Assembly: GCA_963752285.1 (NCBI GenBank)
Contig: CAVVXN010000004.1
Coordinates: 96,001-160,000, forward strand
Direction of reading: 5' to 3'
Source: an uncultured Planctomycetota bacterium
Lineage (GTDB): Bacteria; Planctomycetota; PLA2; JAEUHO01
DNA: 64,000 nucleotides
In this document: in pieces, positions 7,638-16,628 of the stretch
How positions within the stretch are numbered: the first letter of the stretch is position 1
How the letters are laid out: each line of letters starts with the position of its first letter
Translations under genes and position numbers: made by a program
The notes under the pieces: generated by a model
The model's database searches: none
What the model was told of the DNA's origin: nothing
What the model saw: the letters and a program-made list of their open reading frames with translations, nothing else

Positions 7638-9890
7638 TCAGTGCCGGCGGCGACGGCGGTCGCCGCCGCCTCCGCTGCCGCCCCGGCCGCCGCGGTCGCC
7701 GCGGTCGCCGCGGTCGCCCCGGTCGCCCTGCTCTCCGCGGGGCGGCGGGGGGCCGCTGCCCTCGGGGGCCTGGGCCTCCTCCGCGCGACCGAGCTCGTGC
7801 AGCGCCTGGCGGCGCGAGAGCTTCACGCGACCGGAGTCGTCGATCAGGATGACCTTCACCGGCGTGATGTCGCCCAGCGAGAGCACGTCGGTCACGCGGC
7901 CGACGTAGCCGTCGGCGAGCTCGCTCACGTGGCAGAGTCCCTCGACGCCCGGGATGATCTCGAGGAACGCGCCGAAGTCCTTCACGGACGTGACCTTGCC
8001 CTCGTAGATCTTGCCGAGGGTCGCTTCCTCGGACATCGCCTCGATGTGGTGCCGCGCCGCGATCGCGCCGTCGGCCTTCGTGCAGAAGATCTTGACGAGC
8101 CCGGTGTCGTCGACTTCGATCGTGGTCCCGGTCTCCTCCTGGAGACGCCGGATGTTCTTTCCGCCGGGGCCGATCAGGGCGCCGATCTTGTCGGGCGGGA
8201 TCTGCACCGTCTCCACGCGCGGCGCGTAACGGTTGTACTCCTCGCGCGGACGCGGCAGGGCCTGGAGCATCCGCTTGAGGATGTGGATCCGGCCCTCCTT
8301 CGCCTGCTCGAGGGCGCGGCGGAGGATCTCGGTCGAGATCCCCTTCATCTTGATGTCCATCTGGAGCGCGGTGATGCCCCGCTGGGAGCCCGCGACCTTG
8401 AAGTCCATGTCTCCGGCGTGGTCCTCGTCGCCGAGGATGTCGGAGAGCACGACCACGTCGTCGCCCTCCTTCACGAGCCCCATCGCGATGCCGGCGACCG
8501 GCCGGGCGATTTGAATGCCCGCGTCCATCATGGCGAGCGTCGTGCCGCAGACGGACGCCATGCTCGACGAGCCGTTCGACATGAGGATGTCGGAGACCAC
8601 GCGGATCGTGTAGGGGAACGTGTCCATCGGAGGCAGCACCGGCAGGAGCGAGCGCTCCGCCAGCGCGCCGTGCCCGATCTCGCGCCGGGAGGGGCCCCGG
8701 ATGGGCCGCGTCTCGCCGACGCAGAGCGGGGGGAAGTTGTAGTGCAGGTAGTACTTGCGCGTGAAGGACTGCGCTTGCAGTCCGTCCACGAGCTTCTCGT
8801 CGAGCCCCGTGCCGAGCGTCGCGGTGACCAGAGCCTGGGTCTCGCCGCGCGTGAAGAGCGCGGAGCCGTGGGCGCGGGGGAGCAAGCCGATCTCGATGTC
8901 GATCGGACGGACCTCGTCGGTCGCGCGGCCGTCGATGCGGCGCCCGGACAGGGCCGCGGCGCGCAAGATCTTCTTCTCGATGGCCCCCGTGGCCGCATCG
9001 ACCTCGGCGGGGGTGAACCGGCCCTCGGCCGGGACCTCGTTCTGCGTGTCGGCGAGCTCCTCCCGGATCTCGGCCCGGAGCGCGGTGAGGGACGCGATCC
9101 GCTCGAGCTTCGAGGTCTTGTGCATCGCCGTGCGGATCGCGTCCTCGAACTTCTCGCGCACCGCGGTGACGGCCGTGTCGGACACCGGGGCGGGGACGAA
9201 CGCCGGAGCCTCCCAGCCCACCTTGCGGCGGAGCTCCTCCATCGCCTCGCAGATCTGGCGGATGATCTCGTGGCCGAACTCGATGGCGCCGAGGACGACG
9301 TCCTCGGGCAGCTCGTTCGCGCCGCCCTCGACCATCGTGACCGCGTCGCGCGTGCCCGCGACCACCAGGTCGAGGGGAGAGCTCTGCAGCACCTGCGCGT
9401 CGGGGAACGCGACGTAGTCGTCGCCGGACATGCCGACCCGCACGCCGCCGATCGGCCCGAGGAACGGTACGGCGGCGATCGCCAGGGCGCCGCCGGCGCC
9501 GATGATCGAGAGCACGTCCGGGTCGTTCAGCTGGTCGTACGAGATGACGAAGCTCTGGACCTGCGTGTCCATCTTGTAGCCCTTCGGCCAGAGGGGCCGA
9601 ATCGGGCGATCCGTCATCCGCATCGTGAGGATCTCCTTCGGCGAAGGCGGACCCTCTCTCTTCAGGAACCCTCCGGGGATCTTCCCGGCGCTGTAGTTCT
9701 TCTCGCGGTAGTCGATCGTGAGCGGGAAGAAGTCGAGATGGGGGCGAGGCGGGGAGACGCTCGCGGCGCTGAGCACCATCGTCTCGCCGTATCTCACCAT
9801 CACGCTGCCCGCGGCCAGGCGGGCCATGCGACCGGTCTCGATCGTCAGGGGCTTCCCCCCGACGTCGATCGTCACGCTGTGAATGGGCAA
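7638..9890 (-). CDS. pnp: Polyribonucleotide nucleotidyltransferase (PNPase)
   Basis: DFFPLTIDY, RAHGSALFTRGETQ, RREIGHG, SNGSSSMASVC, GDMDFKVAG; KH and S1 domains; start TTG. Confidence 0.98.
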   Translation of the reverse strand: MPIHSVTIDVGGKPLTIETGRMARLAAGSVMVRYGETMVLSAASVSPPRPHLDFFPLTIDYREKNYSAGKIPGGFLKREGPPSPKEILTMRMTDRPIRPLWPKGYKMDTQVQSFVISYDQLNDPDVLSIIGAGGALAIAAVPFLGPIGGVRVGMSGDDYVAFPDAQVLQSSPLDLVVAGTRDAVTMVEGGANELPEDVVLGAIEFGHEIIRQICEAMEELRRKVGWEAPAFVPAPVSDTAVTAVREKFEDAIRTAMHKTSKLERIASLTALRAEIREELADTQNEVPAEGRFTPAEVDAATGAIEKKILRAAALSGRRIDGRATDEVRPIDIEIGLLPRAHGSALFTRGETQALVTATLGTGLDEKLVDGLQAQSFTRKYYLHYNFPPLCVGETRPIRGPSRREIGHGALAERSLLPVLPPMDTFPYTIRVVSDILMSNGSSSMASVCGTTLAMMDAGIQIARPVAGIAMGLVKEGDDVVVLSDILGDEDHAGDMDFKVAGSQRGITALQMDIKMKGISTEILRRALEQAKEGRIHILKRMLQALPRPREEYNRYAPRVETVQIPPDKIGALIGPGGKNIRRLQEETGTTIEVDDTGLVKIFCTKADGAIAARHHIEAMSEEATLGKIYEGKVTSVKDFGAFLEIIPGVEGLCHVSELADGYVGRVTDVLSLGDITPVKVILIDDSGRVKLSRRQALHELGRAEEAQAPEGSGPPPPRGEQGDRGDRGDRGDRGGRGGSGGGGDRRRRRH
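7692..7727. repeat. 9-bp tandem repeat x4 encoding (GDR)4 in the PNPase tail
   Basis: gcggtcgcc x3 plus ccggtcgcc. Confidence 0.85.
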
Positions 9891-9898
9891 TTCTGCTC

Positions 9899-10168
9899 CT
9901 ACCGACGGAGCCCCAGTCGCCCGATCAGGTCCTGGTAGCCGGTGGGGTCGGTCCGCGCGAAGTAGCGCAGCAGAGCCGTCCGCCTACCGACCATCCGAAG
10001 CAGGCCGCGCCGCGTGGCGTGGTCCTTCGGGAACTTCTTGAGGTGCTCCGTCAGGTGGCGGATCCGGCCGGTAAGGATGGCGACCTGCACCGGGGTGGAG
10101 CCGCTGTCCTTCTCGTGCCGCCGATACGCTTCGATGCGTCCGGTCTTCTCGGGATCCTTGACGGCCAT
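9899..10168 (-). CDS. rpsO: 30S ribosomal protein S15
   Basis: 89 aa; DSGSTPVQVAILTGRI..HLKKFPKDHATRRGLLRMVGRR; GGAGGT SD; upstream of pnp. Confidence 0.97.
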   Translation of the reverse strand: MAVKDPEKTGRIEAYRRHEKDSGSTPVQVAILTGRIRHLTEHLKKFPKDHATRRGLLRMVGRRTALLRYFARTDPTGYQDLIGRLGLRR

Positions 10169-10383
10169 CTCGACCTCCGTCACCGCCGACCAGGTCGGCC
10201 GGGGGCGCCTCGGCGTCCCGGCCCCGGGTCGGGGTCCAGTCGGGGAGTCCTGGGGACTCTCGTGCTTCCTGTTGCTTGTTTGTTCTCTTGGGTAAGCCGA
10301 ACAAGGTACCGGGCCCGACGGGGAGGGCCAGGATTCCCCCGGCCCCGCGTCCCGGTCGCGGACTGGCTGCGCGCCGGCTCGTC

Positions 10384-10851
10384 CTACCCCGCGAGGTAGG
10401 AGCGGAGGAGGGCGACCGCGGCGCGCCGGTCCACGTCGCCCTCCCGGCGGGCGCGGCCGAGCGAGCGCCCCGCGGCCTTCACGTCCTCCTCGGCGGCCCA
10501 CGAGGTGAGACCCTCGTCGTGGTAGACGACGGGGACGCCGAGCGCGTGCGCGAGGGCCCCGCCGAACCGGCGGGCCTCGCGGCTCATGTCGCTCTCCTCC
10601 CCGCTCATGTGGAGCGGGAGGCCGACCACGACCCGCGCCGGGGCCTCGTCGCGGAGCCGTTCCGCCACGAGCGTCGCGGCGCGGTCGGGATCCGGCGGGC
10701 CCGATCGGGTCGGCTCGAGGCGGATCGTGTCGAGGCCGCGCACCGTGATCCGGAGCGCGTCGGAGAGGGCGATCCCGATCCGCCGGCGGCCGTAGTCCAC
10801 CGCCGCGACGCGGCCGGGCGGGTCGGGGGGCGAGCGGGAGGCCTCGCTCAC
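10384..10851 (-). CDS. ruvX: Holliday junction resolvase-like / pre-16S rRNA nuclease YqgF
   Basis: AVDYGRRRIGIALSD, VVGLP, HDEGLTSWAAE, VDRRAA. Confidence 0.93.
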   Translation of the reverse strand: MSEASRSPPDPPGRVAAVDYGRRRIGIALSDALRITVRGLDTIRLEPTRSGPPDPDRAATLVAERLRDEAPARVVVGLPLHMSGEESDMSREARRFGGALAHALGVPVVYHDEGLTSWAAEEDVKAAGRSLGRARREGDVDRRAAVALLRSYLAG

Positions 10852-13800
10852 CTACCGGAACCAGCGGGGGAGGCGGCGCGCGGGCGGGTCGGGGAGCGCG
10901 ATGCCGCCGGCCGGCTCCTCGCGCCGGATCCCGAGGCCCGGCAGCGGGACGAGCTTCGGCTCCGCGGTCTCCAGATCACCCTGGACCCGGACCACGTAGA
11001 GCACCCGCTCGGGAAGGAGGGCGCCGAGCGCGCGGCCCACCCCGGGGAGCTGGAGCGCCCCGGGGAGGAGCAGGCTCTTCAGGAAGTCGGGCGTGAACTC
11101 GAGGTCGGCCGTGCCCGACAGGTCCACCGTCCCGTGGCCGGGCATGTCGAAGAGCGGGCCCGCGAGATCGAGGTGGGAGAACGTGAGGCGGCGGTCGCGC
11201 AGCGAGAACACGGCGTGGGCGCGCTCGAACCGCGGCGGGTTCGGCGCCGCGAGGAGCTGGTGCGCCAGCGCCTCCAGGTTCGCGACGCCCGGCAGCTTCC
11301 CGAGGTCGCCCTGTCGCACGTTCAGCTCGCCCTCGGCGAGGAGGTCCTCGGCGCGGCCGCCGCGGTTCTCGAACCGCACCCAGAGGGTGCCGAGGCCCGT
11401 GTACGGCGGACCGGTGGGGGCGAGGTCCTCCCGCACGCGTCCGACCTGGAAGTCGTCGAGCGCGAGGCGTCCCTCGTACGCGCGCGGCTCGATCGTGTGC
11501 GCGACCATCTCGCCGCCGAGCCGGCCTTCCGCGAGAGCGCCGCGGATCGGACCGGCGCGCAGGATGCCCGCGTGCCAGCGCAGTGGTACGACGAGGTCGC
11601 GCCCGCCGATGCCGAGGAGCTGCATGCCGCGGGCGCGCAGCGTGACCACGCCCTCGGTCGTGTCGCCGAGCACGAGCCGTTCGATCTGCGCCTCGCCGTC
11701 GAGGTGCGAGACGGGCGCCTCGTCGCCGAGGTCCAGACCCTCGAGACGGACGAGCCCGCTCAGGACCGAGGCGTTCGTCTCGGCGTCCGGCCGGACGAGG
11801 AGCGGCGCGAGGTCGAGCCGGCCGCGCGGCGTGGTCCCGATCGGCCCGCCCTTCGGCGCCATCACGACGAGGTCGCCCTCGATCCGCACGCTTCCGTCGG
11901 GCGCCGCCTGCACGCGGAGGCCCTGGCTCGAGAGCGCACGGCCCTGGAGGACCTTCGCGAGCACGTCCCGCGCGGCTTCGGGGGCGAGCACGAGCAGGTC
12001 CTCTGGCGCCTCGAACGCGTCGAGGTGGAGGAGGAAGCCCCCTTCCAAGCGGCCGTCGCCGACGGTGACGCGTCGCACGTCGATCGCCACCCCGCGCGCC
12101 TCGCCCCGCAGGTCCTCGAGCGTCACGTGGCGGTTCTCGACGGCGAGCCGCCGCCCGCGCACCGCGAGCACGCTGCCGCCCGGCAGTCGGAGGCGCGCGT
12201 CCACCTCGTGCGTGTCCACCGAGGCTTCCAGATGCCCGTCGGGACCGGGCGCGCGGACGAGGTGGAGGGTGAAGGCGACGTGCCCGCCGGGCTCGATCGA
12301 GAGGCCCCCGGGGAGCAGGGTGGACTCGCCCTCGTAGTAGGGGAGGGCGGAGAGCAGGTCCTCGTCGAGACGGAGCCGGTCCGTGTCCACCACGAGGTCC
12401 CACCGGCCTTCGGGCCCGCCCTCGATGCGGCCGTCTACGCGCACCGGGGTCTCGCCGAGCCGGCCGGCCACCTTCTCGATGGTCGCGACGTCGCCGTCCA
12501 CGCGGAGCCGGCCCGTCAGGTCTTCGAACGCGAGCGGGTGCGGCGCGTGCTCGGCGTCGAGGCGGATCGAGGCGCCGTGGAGCGTGACGTCGAACCGGAG
12601 CGGCGCCGGGTCGTCGGCGAGCGGGAGGTCCGCCACGACGTCCGCGCGTCCTCGCGGCGCGAGGTAGCGCCACACGGTGGAGAGGCCGCCGTGCGTGACG
12701 GGCGCCGAGAGGACCGTGTCGGCGACCGCGCCGTCCAACGCCACGCCCTGACCGTGCACCGCGATGCGGCCGTGCTTCGCGGCGAGGTCGGCGTGCACCT
12801 CGATCGAGACGGGCGCCTGCTCGAGGTGCCCCGTGACCCTCACGGCGAGGGTGCGCCCGCGACTGCCGTCGGGCTGGAGCGGGCGGCGGAGCTGCGCCTC
12901 GCCCGACACGCCCTCGAGCGGGAGGGGGAAGTCGGCGTACTGGAACTTCTCGTCCTCGAAGCGCACGCGGACCTCGGTCTGCGCGCGTTCGTCCACGCCG
13001 GGGATGGAGATCACGTCCACGTCGATCTCCTCGATCGTCCCATCGACGTGGAAACGGTCGAGGAAGCCGCGGAGCTCGCCGGCCTCGATCGCGCGGGCCA
13101 GGGTCTCGTCCACCGGCACGTCGGTCGCCTGGATGGTCAGACGGATGTCGGCGCCCTTGTCGGTCAGGAGGATCCGCCCGGTCTCGCCGCCGGTCCACGC
13201 GCGCCGGTGGTCGCCGAGGATGCGGACCGTCGCGCTGCCGTTGAACCCGACGATGTCGTCGAATCGGACCTCGCCGGGCGCGAAGTGGATGCGGCCGGTG
13301 GCCTGCTCCATCGCGTAGGGGAAGCCCACCGGCTCGCCGTCGGGCGAGGGCGTCCCCTTGTAGCGGAACGACGCGTCCTCGAGCGTGACGTCCGCCTCCC
13401 ATGTCGGCTCGGAGCCGGGCTCCTTCAGGAAACGGAGGTCGGCCGAGATCTCGCCGGTGGGTTCGAACTGGTCGAACACGGCGCGTCCCTCGGGCCCGAG
13501 CGCCTGGCGCAGCGCGGGATCCTCGAAGCGCACGCCGCGGACCTCGACGAGCAGGCGTACCTCCTGTCCGTCCTCCGAGATGAACCCGCGTGCCTTCACG
13601 CGCCCCTGCCCGATCGACGACACGAGGCGCCGGACGTCGATGCCGCGCGCGCTCACGCCCACGTCGAGCTCGGCGCGCCGGAACAGGGCCTCGAGCTGCT
13701 CGCGCGTCCGCGCGTCGATCATCTCGCCGCCGGGCACCGACTCGAGCGACATCTGGACCGCGCCCTCCCAGAGCGCGTCCACTTCCAGCGTCCCCTTCCG

Positions 13801-14586
13801 GACGTGCGGGTCGCGGTGGAGCGATACGGTCAGACGTCCGGCCTCGAACCCGCGGTTCGCGAGCTTCTCGGCGAGGTCCGGCGCCAGGATCTGCAGGAGG
13901 GGCTTCTCCAGACGGAGCGGGTTCCAGGCGGCTCCGAGGTCCAGGCGGTCGGCGTCGGGGTCGGCCCAGCCGCTGATGCGGACGCGCACGTCGTCGTGGC
14001 CGAGGTCCTTCGGGGTGAAGCTGCCCTCCACGCGCAGCCGTCCGTCCGCGTGGGGTACGACGGCCAGATCGATGTCGGCGAGCCGGATCACGGCGTTCGC
14101 GCGGAGCCGCGTGGAGCCGGGGCGCGCGCGGCAGAGCAGCTCGGCGCCGTCCACGCGGATCTCGGGGATGCGCCCGCCCGACCCCTTGGTGTCGAGGTGG
14201 AAGGGGAAGTCGAGCTCCACGCCGTCCACGGTCTCGTGCATGATCCACCGTGCGCCCCGGATGTCGAGACGCACGGGTACGTACGAGCCCGAAGCGAGCG
14301 ACACGAGGTCGTGCTGGACGGACACGAAGTCCGCGACGAGCGTCGGCTGCTGGGTCGCGGTCGTCCGCACCTCGAGACCGTGAATGGTCACGCCGTGCAC
14401 GAGGTCGATGTCCACGCGCTCGTACGTCACGCCGTCGCCGAAGATCGCCTTGAGGCGCTGGTCGGCGTACCGCGCGAGGAGCGTGCGATCGGGGCGCACG
14501 ACGCGCCCGTAACCCCAGACCCCGAGCCCCACGACTACGGCGAGGACCGCGGCCTGCGTCAGTCGCTGTCGGGTCCCGGGCGTCAC
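10852..14586 (-). CDS. Large AsmA/TamB-like beta-strand-rich membrane-anchored protein
   Basis: About 1240 aa; N-terminal TM helix, long amphipathic beta repeats, AsmA-like C-terminus (FERAHAVFSL...G.G.VDLSG...VRVQGDLETAE); GTG overlaps the alr stop. Confidence 0.7.
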   Translation of the reverse strand: MTPGTRQRLTQAAVLAVVVGLGVWGYGRVVRPDRTLLARYADQRLKAIFGDGVTYERVDIDLVHGVTIHGLEVRTTATQQPTLVADFVSVQHDLVSLASGSYVPVRLDIRGARWIMHETVDGVELDFPFHLDTKGSGGRIPEIRVDGAELLCRARPGSTRLRANAVIRLADIDLAVVPHADGRLRVEGSFTPKDLGHDDVRVRISGWADPDADRLDLGAAWNPLRLEKPLLQILAPDLAEKLANRGFEAGRLTVSLHRDPHVRKGTLEVDALWEGAVQMSLESVPGGEMIDARTREQLEALFRRAELDVGVSARGIDVRRLVSSIGQGRVKARGFISEDGQEVRLLVEVRGVRFEDPALRQALGPEGRAVFDQFEPTGEISADLRFLKEPGSEPTWEADVTLEDASFRYKGTPSPDGEPVGFPYAMEQATGRIHFAPGEVRFDDIVGFNGSATVRILGDHRRAWTGGETGRILLTDKGADIRLTIQATDVPVDETLARAIEAGELRGFLDRFHVDGTIEEIDVDVISIPGVDERAQTEVRVRFEDEKFQYADFPLPLEGVSGEAQLRRPLQPDGSRGRTLAVRVTGHLEQAPVSIEVHADLAAKHGRIAVHGQGVALDGAVADTVLSAPVTHGGLSTVWRYLAPRGRADVVADLPLADDPAPLRFDVTLHGASIRLDAEHAPHPLAFEDLTGRLRVDGDVATIEKVAGRLGETPVRVDGRIEGGPEGRWDLVVDTDRLRLDEDLLSALPYYEGESTLLPGGLSIEPGGHVAFTLHLVRAPGPDGHLEASVDTHEVDARLRLPGGSVLAVRGRRLAVENRHVTLEDLRGEARGVAIDVRRVTVGDGRLEGGFLLHLDAFEAPEDLLVLAPEAARDVLAKVLQGRALSSQGLRVQAAPDGSVRIEGDLVVMAPKGGPIGTTPRGRLDLAPLLVRPDAETNASVLSGLVRLEGLDLGDEAPVSHLDGEAQIERLVLGDTTEGVVTLRARGMQLLGIGGRDLVVPLRWHAGILRAGPIRGALAEGRLGGEMVAHTIEPRAYEGRLALDDFQVGRVREDLAPTGPPYTGLGTLWVRFENRGGRAEDLLAEGELNVRQGDLGKLPGVANLEALAHQLLAAPNPPRFERAHAVFSLRDRRLTFSHLDLAGPLFDMPGHGTVDLSGTADLEFTPDFLKSLLLPGALQLPGVGRALGALLPERVLYVVRVQGDLETAEPKLVPLPGLGIRREEPAGGIALPDPPARRLPRWFR

Positions 14587-15743
14587 GCGGTCCCGTCCGC
14601 CGCGGCCGGCGCGGGCGCGCCGTTCGCGCCCACGTAGCACCGCTTGACGCGCCGGCCGATCCCGCAGAACACCTCGTAGGGGATCGTGTCCGCCCAACGG
14701 GCGAGCTCGAGGACGCCGATTCGCTCGTCGCCGTCCCGGCCGAGCAGTGTCACGGGGTCGCCCACGGAGGCGCCCGGCACCTTCGTAACGTCCACGCAGA
14801 CGTAGTCCATCGACACCCGTCCCACCACCGGACACCTCTTGCCCCGGACGAGAACGTGCGCCCGGTTGGAGAACGCGAAACGATATCCGTCGTCGTAGCC
14901 CACCGGGAGCGTGGCGATGCGGCTGCGCCGCGGCGCCCGCCAGGTCCCGTGGTATCCGATCGGCGAGCCGCGGCGGTGGTCCTTCAGGAACACGATCTGC
15001 GTCCGCCACGCGAGGACCGGCTCGAGGTCGAGCCCGTCTCGGCCGTGCGGATCGATCCCGTAGAGCGCCATGCCGGGCCGGATCAGGTTGAACAGCCGCG
15101 GGAGGCGCGACAGCACCGCGCCGCTCGCGTATGCATGGCGCCAGCGCGGCGCGAAGCCTTCCTTCTCGAGCGTCTCGAGCACGCGGCAGAACCGTCGGAC
15201 CTGTTTCTCGGCGTCGGCGCCGCCGTCCGGCGTCGCCTGCGCGAGGTGCGTGGCGACGCCCTCGAGGAGGAGGCCCCGCGAGCGCGCGATCTCGCGTGCG
15301 ATGCCGACGGCGCGTTCGGGCCGACAGCCGAGCCGGCCCATCCCGGTGTCCACCTTCAGGTGGAGGCGCACGCCGCCGGCCCCGTTGTGATTCACGACGC
15401 GTCGGAGCGTCCGTACGCGGTCGCCGGCGTGGACCGTGACCGCGATGCGTCCGCGAATCACGTCCTCCATCTCGCCCTCGACGACCGCGCCGAGCACGAG
15501 GATCGGCGTCGTGACGCCGGCGTCGCGGAGCTCCAGCGCCTCGGTCGAGTCGCCGACGCCGAGGTACGCGACGTCGCCCGAGCGCGTGAGGTGCCACGCG
15601 ACGGGGACGGCGCCGTGGCCGTACGCGTCCGCCTTGAGGACGACCATCACGCCGACGTCGGGGCCGGCGTGCCGGCGCACGCGGTCCAGATTGCGCCCCA
15701 GGGCGCCGAGGTCGATCTCCGCCCAGGTCCGAAGATGGAGCAT
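14583..15743 (-). CDS. alr: Alanine racemase
   Basis: AEIDLGAL, VLKADAYGHG (PLP lysine), HLKVDTGMGRLG, IATLPVGYDDG, GRVSMD. Confidence 0.97.
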   Translation of the reverse strand: MLHLRTWAEIDLGALGRNLDRVRRHAGPDVGVMVVLKADAYGHGAVPVAWHLTRSGDVAYLGVGDSTEALELRDAGVTTPILVLGAVVEGEMEDVIRGRIAVTVHAGDRVRTLRRVVNHNGAGGVRLHLKVDTGMGRLGCRPERAVGIAREIARSRGLLLEGVATHLAQATPDGGADAEKQVRRFCRVLETLEKEGFAPRWRHAYASGAVLSRLPRLFNLIRPGMALYGIDPHGRDGLDLEPVLAWRTQIVFLKDHRRGSPIGYHGTWRAPRRSRIATLPVGYDDGYRFAFSNRAHVLVRGKRCPVVGRVSMDYVCVDVTKVPGASVGDPVTLLGRDGDERIGVLELARWADTIPYEVFCGIGRRVKRCYVGANGAPAPAAADGTA

Positions 15744-15774
15744 CACGCAGCCGACGAAGAGGTCCGGGGCATGG

Positions 15775-16521
15775 TCACGCGCCCTCCTCCACGGAGGTTC
15801 GGTCGCCCGGCGCCCCGTCCGAAGCGTGGCGACGGGGCGCGCGCGACGCGTCGCCGCCCTCGCCGGCCCGTTGGCGCTCGGGAGCCGACGCCTGGAGATA
15901 GAGGGGGACCAGCGCGTGGGGCGGGACGACGTCTCCCGCCCGAAGCCGCGCCTCGCCCACGCGGAGGAACGCCCGTGCGTCGGCGACCACCTCGAGCGCC
16001 ACCGATTCGGGCGCGAAGCCGCGGGCCAGGGCCGGCGCGTCCTCCCCGACCACGACGGCGCCCGAGGCGAGGTCGTGCGCCTCGGCGGGGCCCAGTCGGA
16101 GGGGCCCCCGGACGAGCCGGGGCGGGTCTCCCCGCGACCGCGCGTACCGCGCGAGGTAGAGGGTGCCCCGGCCCGCGTCCCGGACCGCGAGGACGTCGCC
16201 CGTGTCCCCGGGAGCCCCCGCCGCGAGCGCTTCGAGGCTCGAGACGCGCGCGAGCGGCGTCCCGAGGGAGAAGGCGATCGTCTTCGCGGCCGTGACTCCG
16301 ACCCGGACCCCCGTGAAGGAGCCGGGGCCGACGTCCGCCACGATGCCGGAGAGGTCGGTCGGGGTGAGCCCGGCCGCGCGGACGAGGTCGCGTACGGCGG
16401 GCAGGAGGCCCCGGCCCCGCGCGGCCCCGGATCCGAGGGGCACGACCCGGAGGTCCGAGCCGTGCGCGGCCACGCCGACCTCGGCGCGGGGACCGCTCGT
16501 CGCGAGCACGAGGATCGACAT
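15775..16521 (-). CDS. tsaB: tRNA t6A biosynthesis protein TsaB
   Basis: ILVLATS, VGPGSFTGVRVG, SSLEALA, DAGRG, LVPLYLQ. Confidence 0.9.
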   Translation of the reverse strand: MSILVLATSGPRAEVGVAAHGSDLRVVPLGSGAARGRGLLPAVRDLVRAAGLTPTDLSGIVADVGPGSFTGVRVGVTAAKTIAFSLGTPLARVSSLEALAAGAPGDTGDVLAVRDAGRGTLYLARYARSRGDPPRLVRGPLRLGPAEAHDLASGAVVVGEDAPALARGFAPESVALEVVADARAFLRVGEARLRAGDVVPPHALVPLYLQASAPERQRAGEGGDASRAPRRHASDGAPGDRTSVEEGA

Positions 16522-16628
16522 GGGGCTCCGCGATGGACCGTCGCGCGAAACGTTCGCGCGGGGTCCGAAGGTACGGCCGACCGCCCCCCCGGGGGGCAGA
16601 ATGCCCCGCACTGGACCGTGGAGGGCGG

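Noticed and set aside
10276..14637. 1453-aa plus-strand ORF, and similar long ORFs such as 44540-48541, 57142-60180, 23087-25918 and 622-3018
   Set aside because: Antisense or off-frame shadows of recognisable genes; stop codons are scarce at this GC content and the translations are R/G/P/A-rich without motifs
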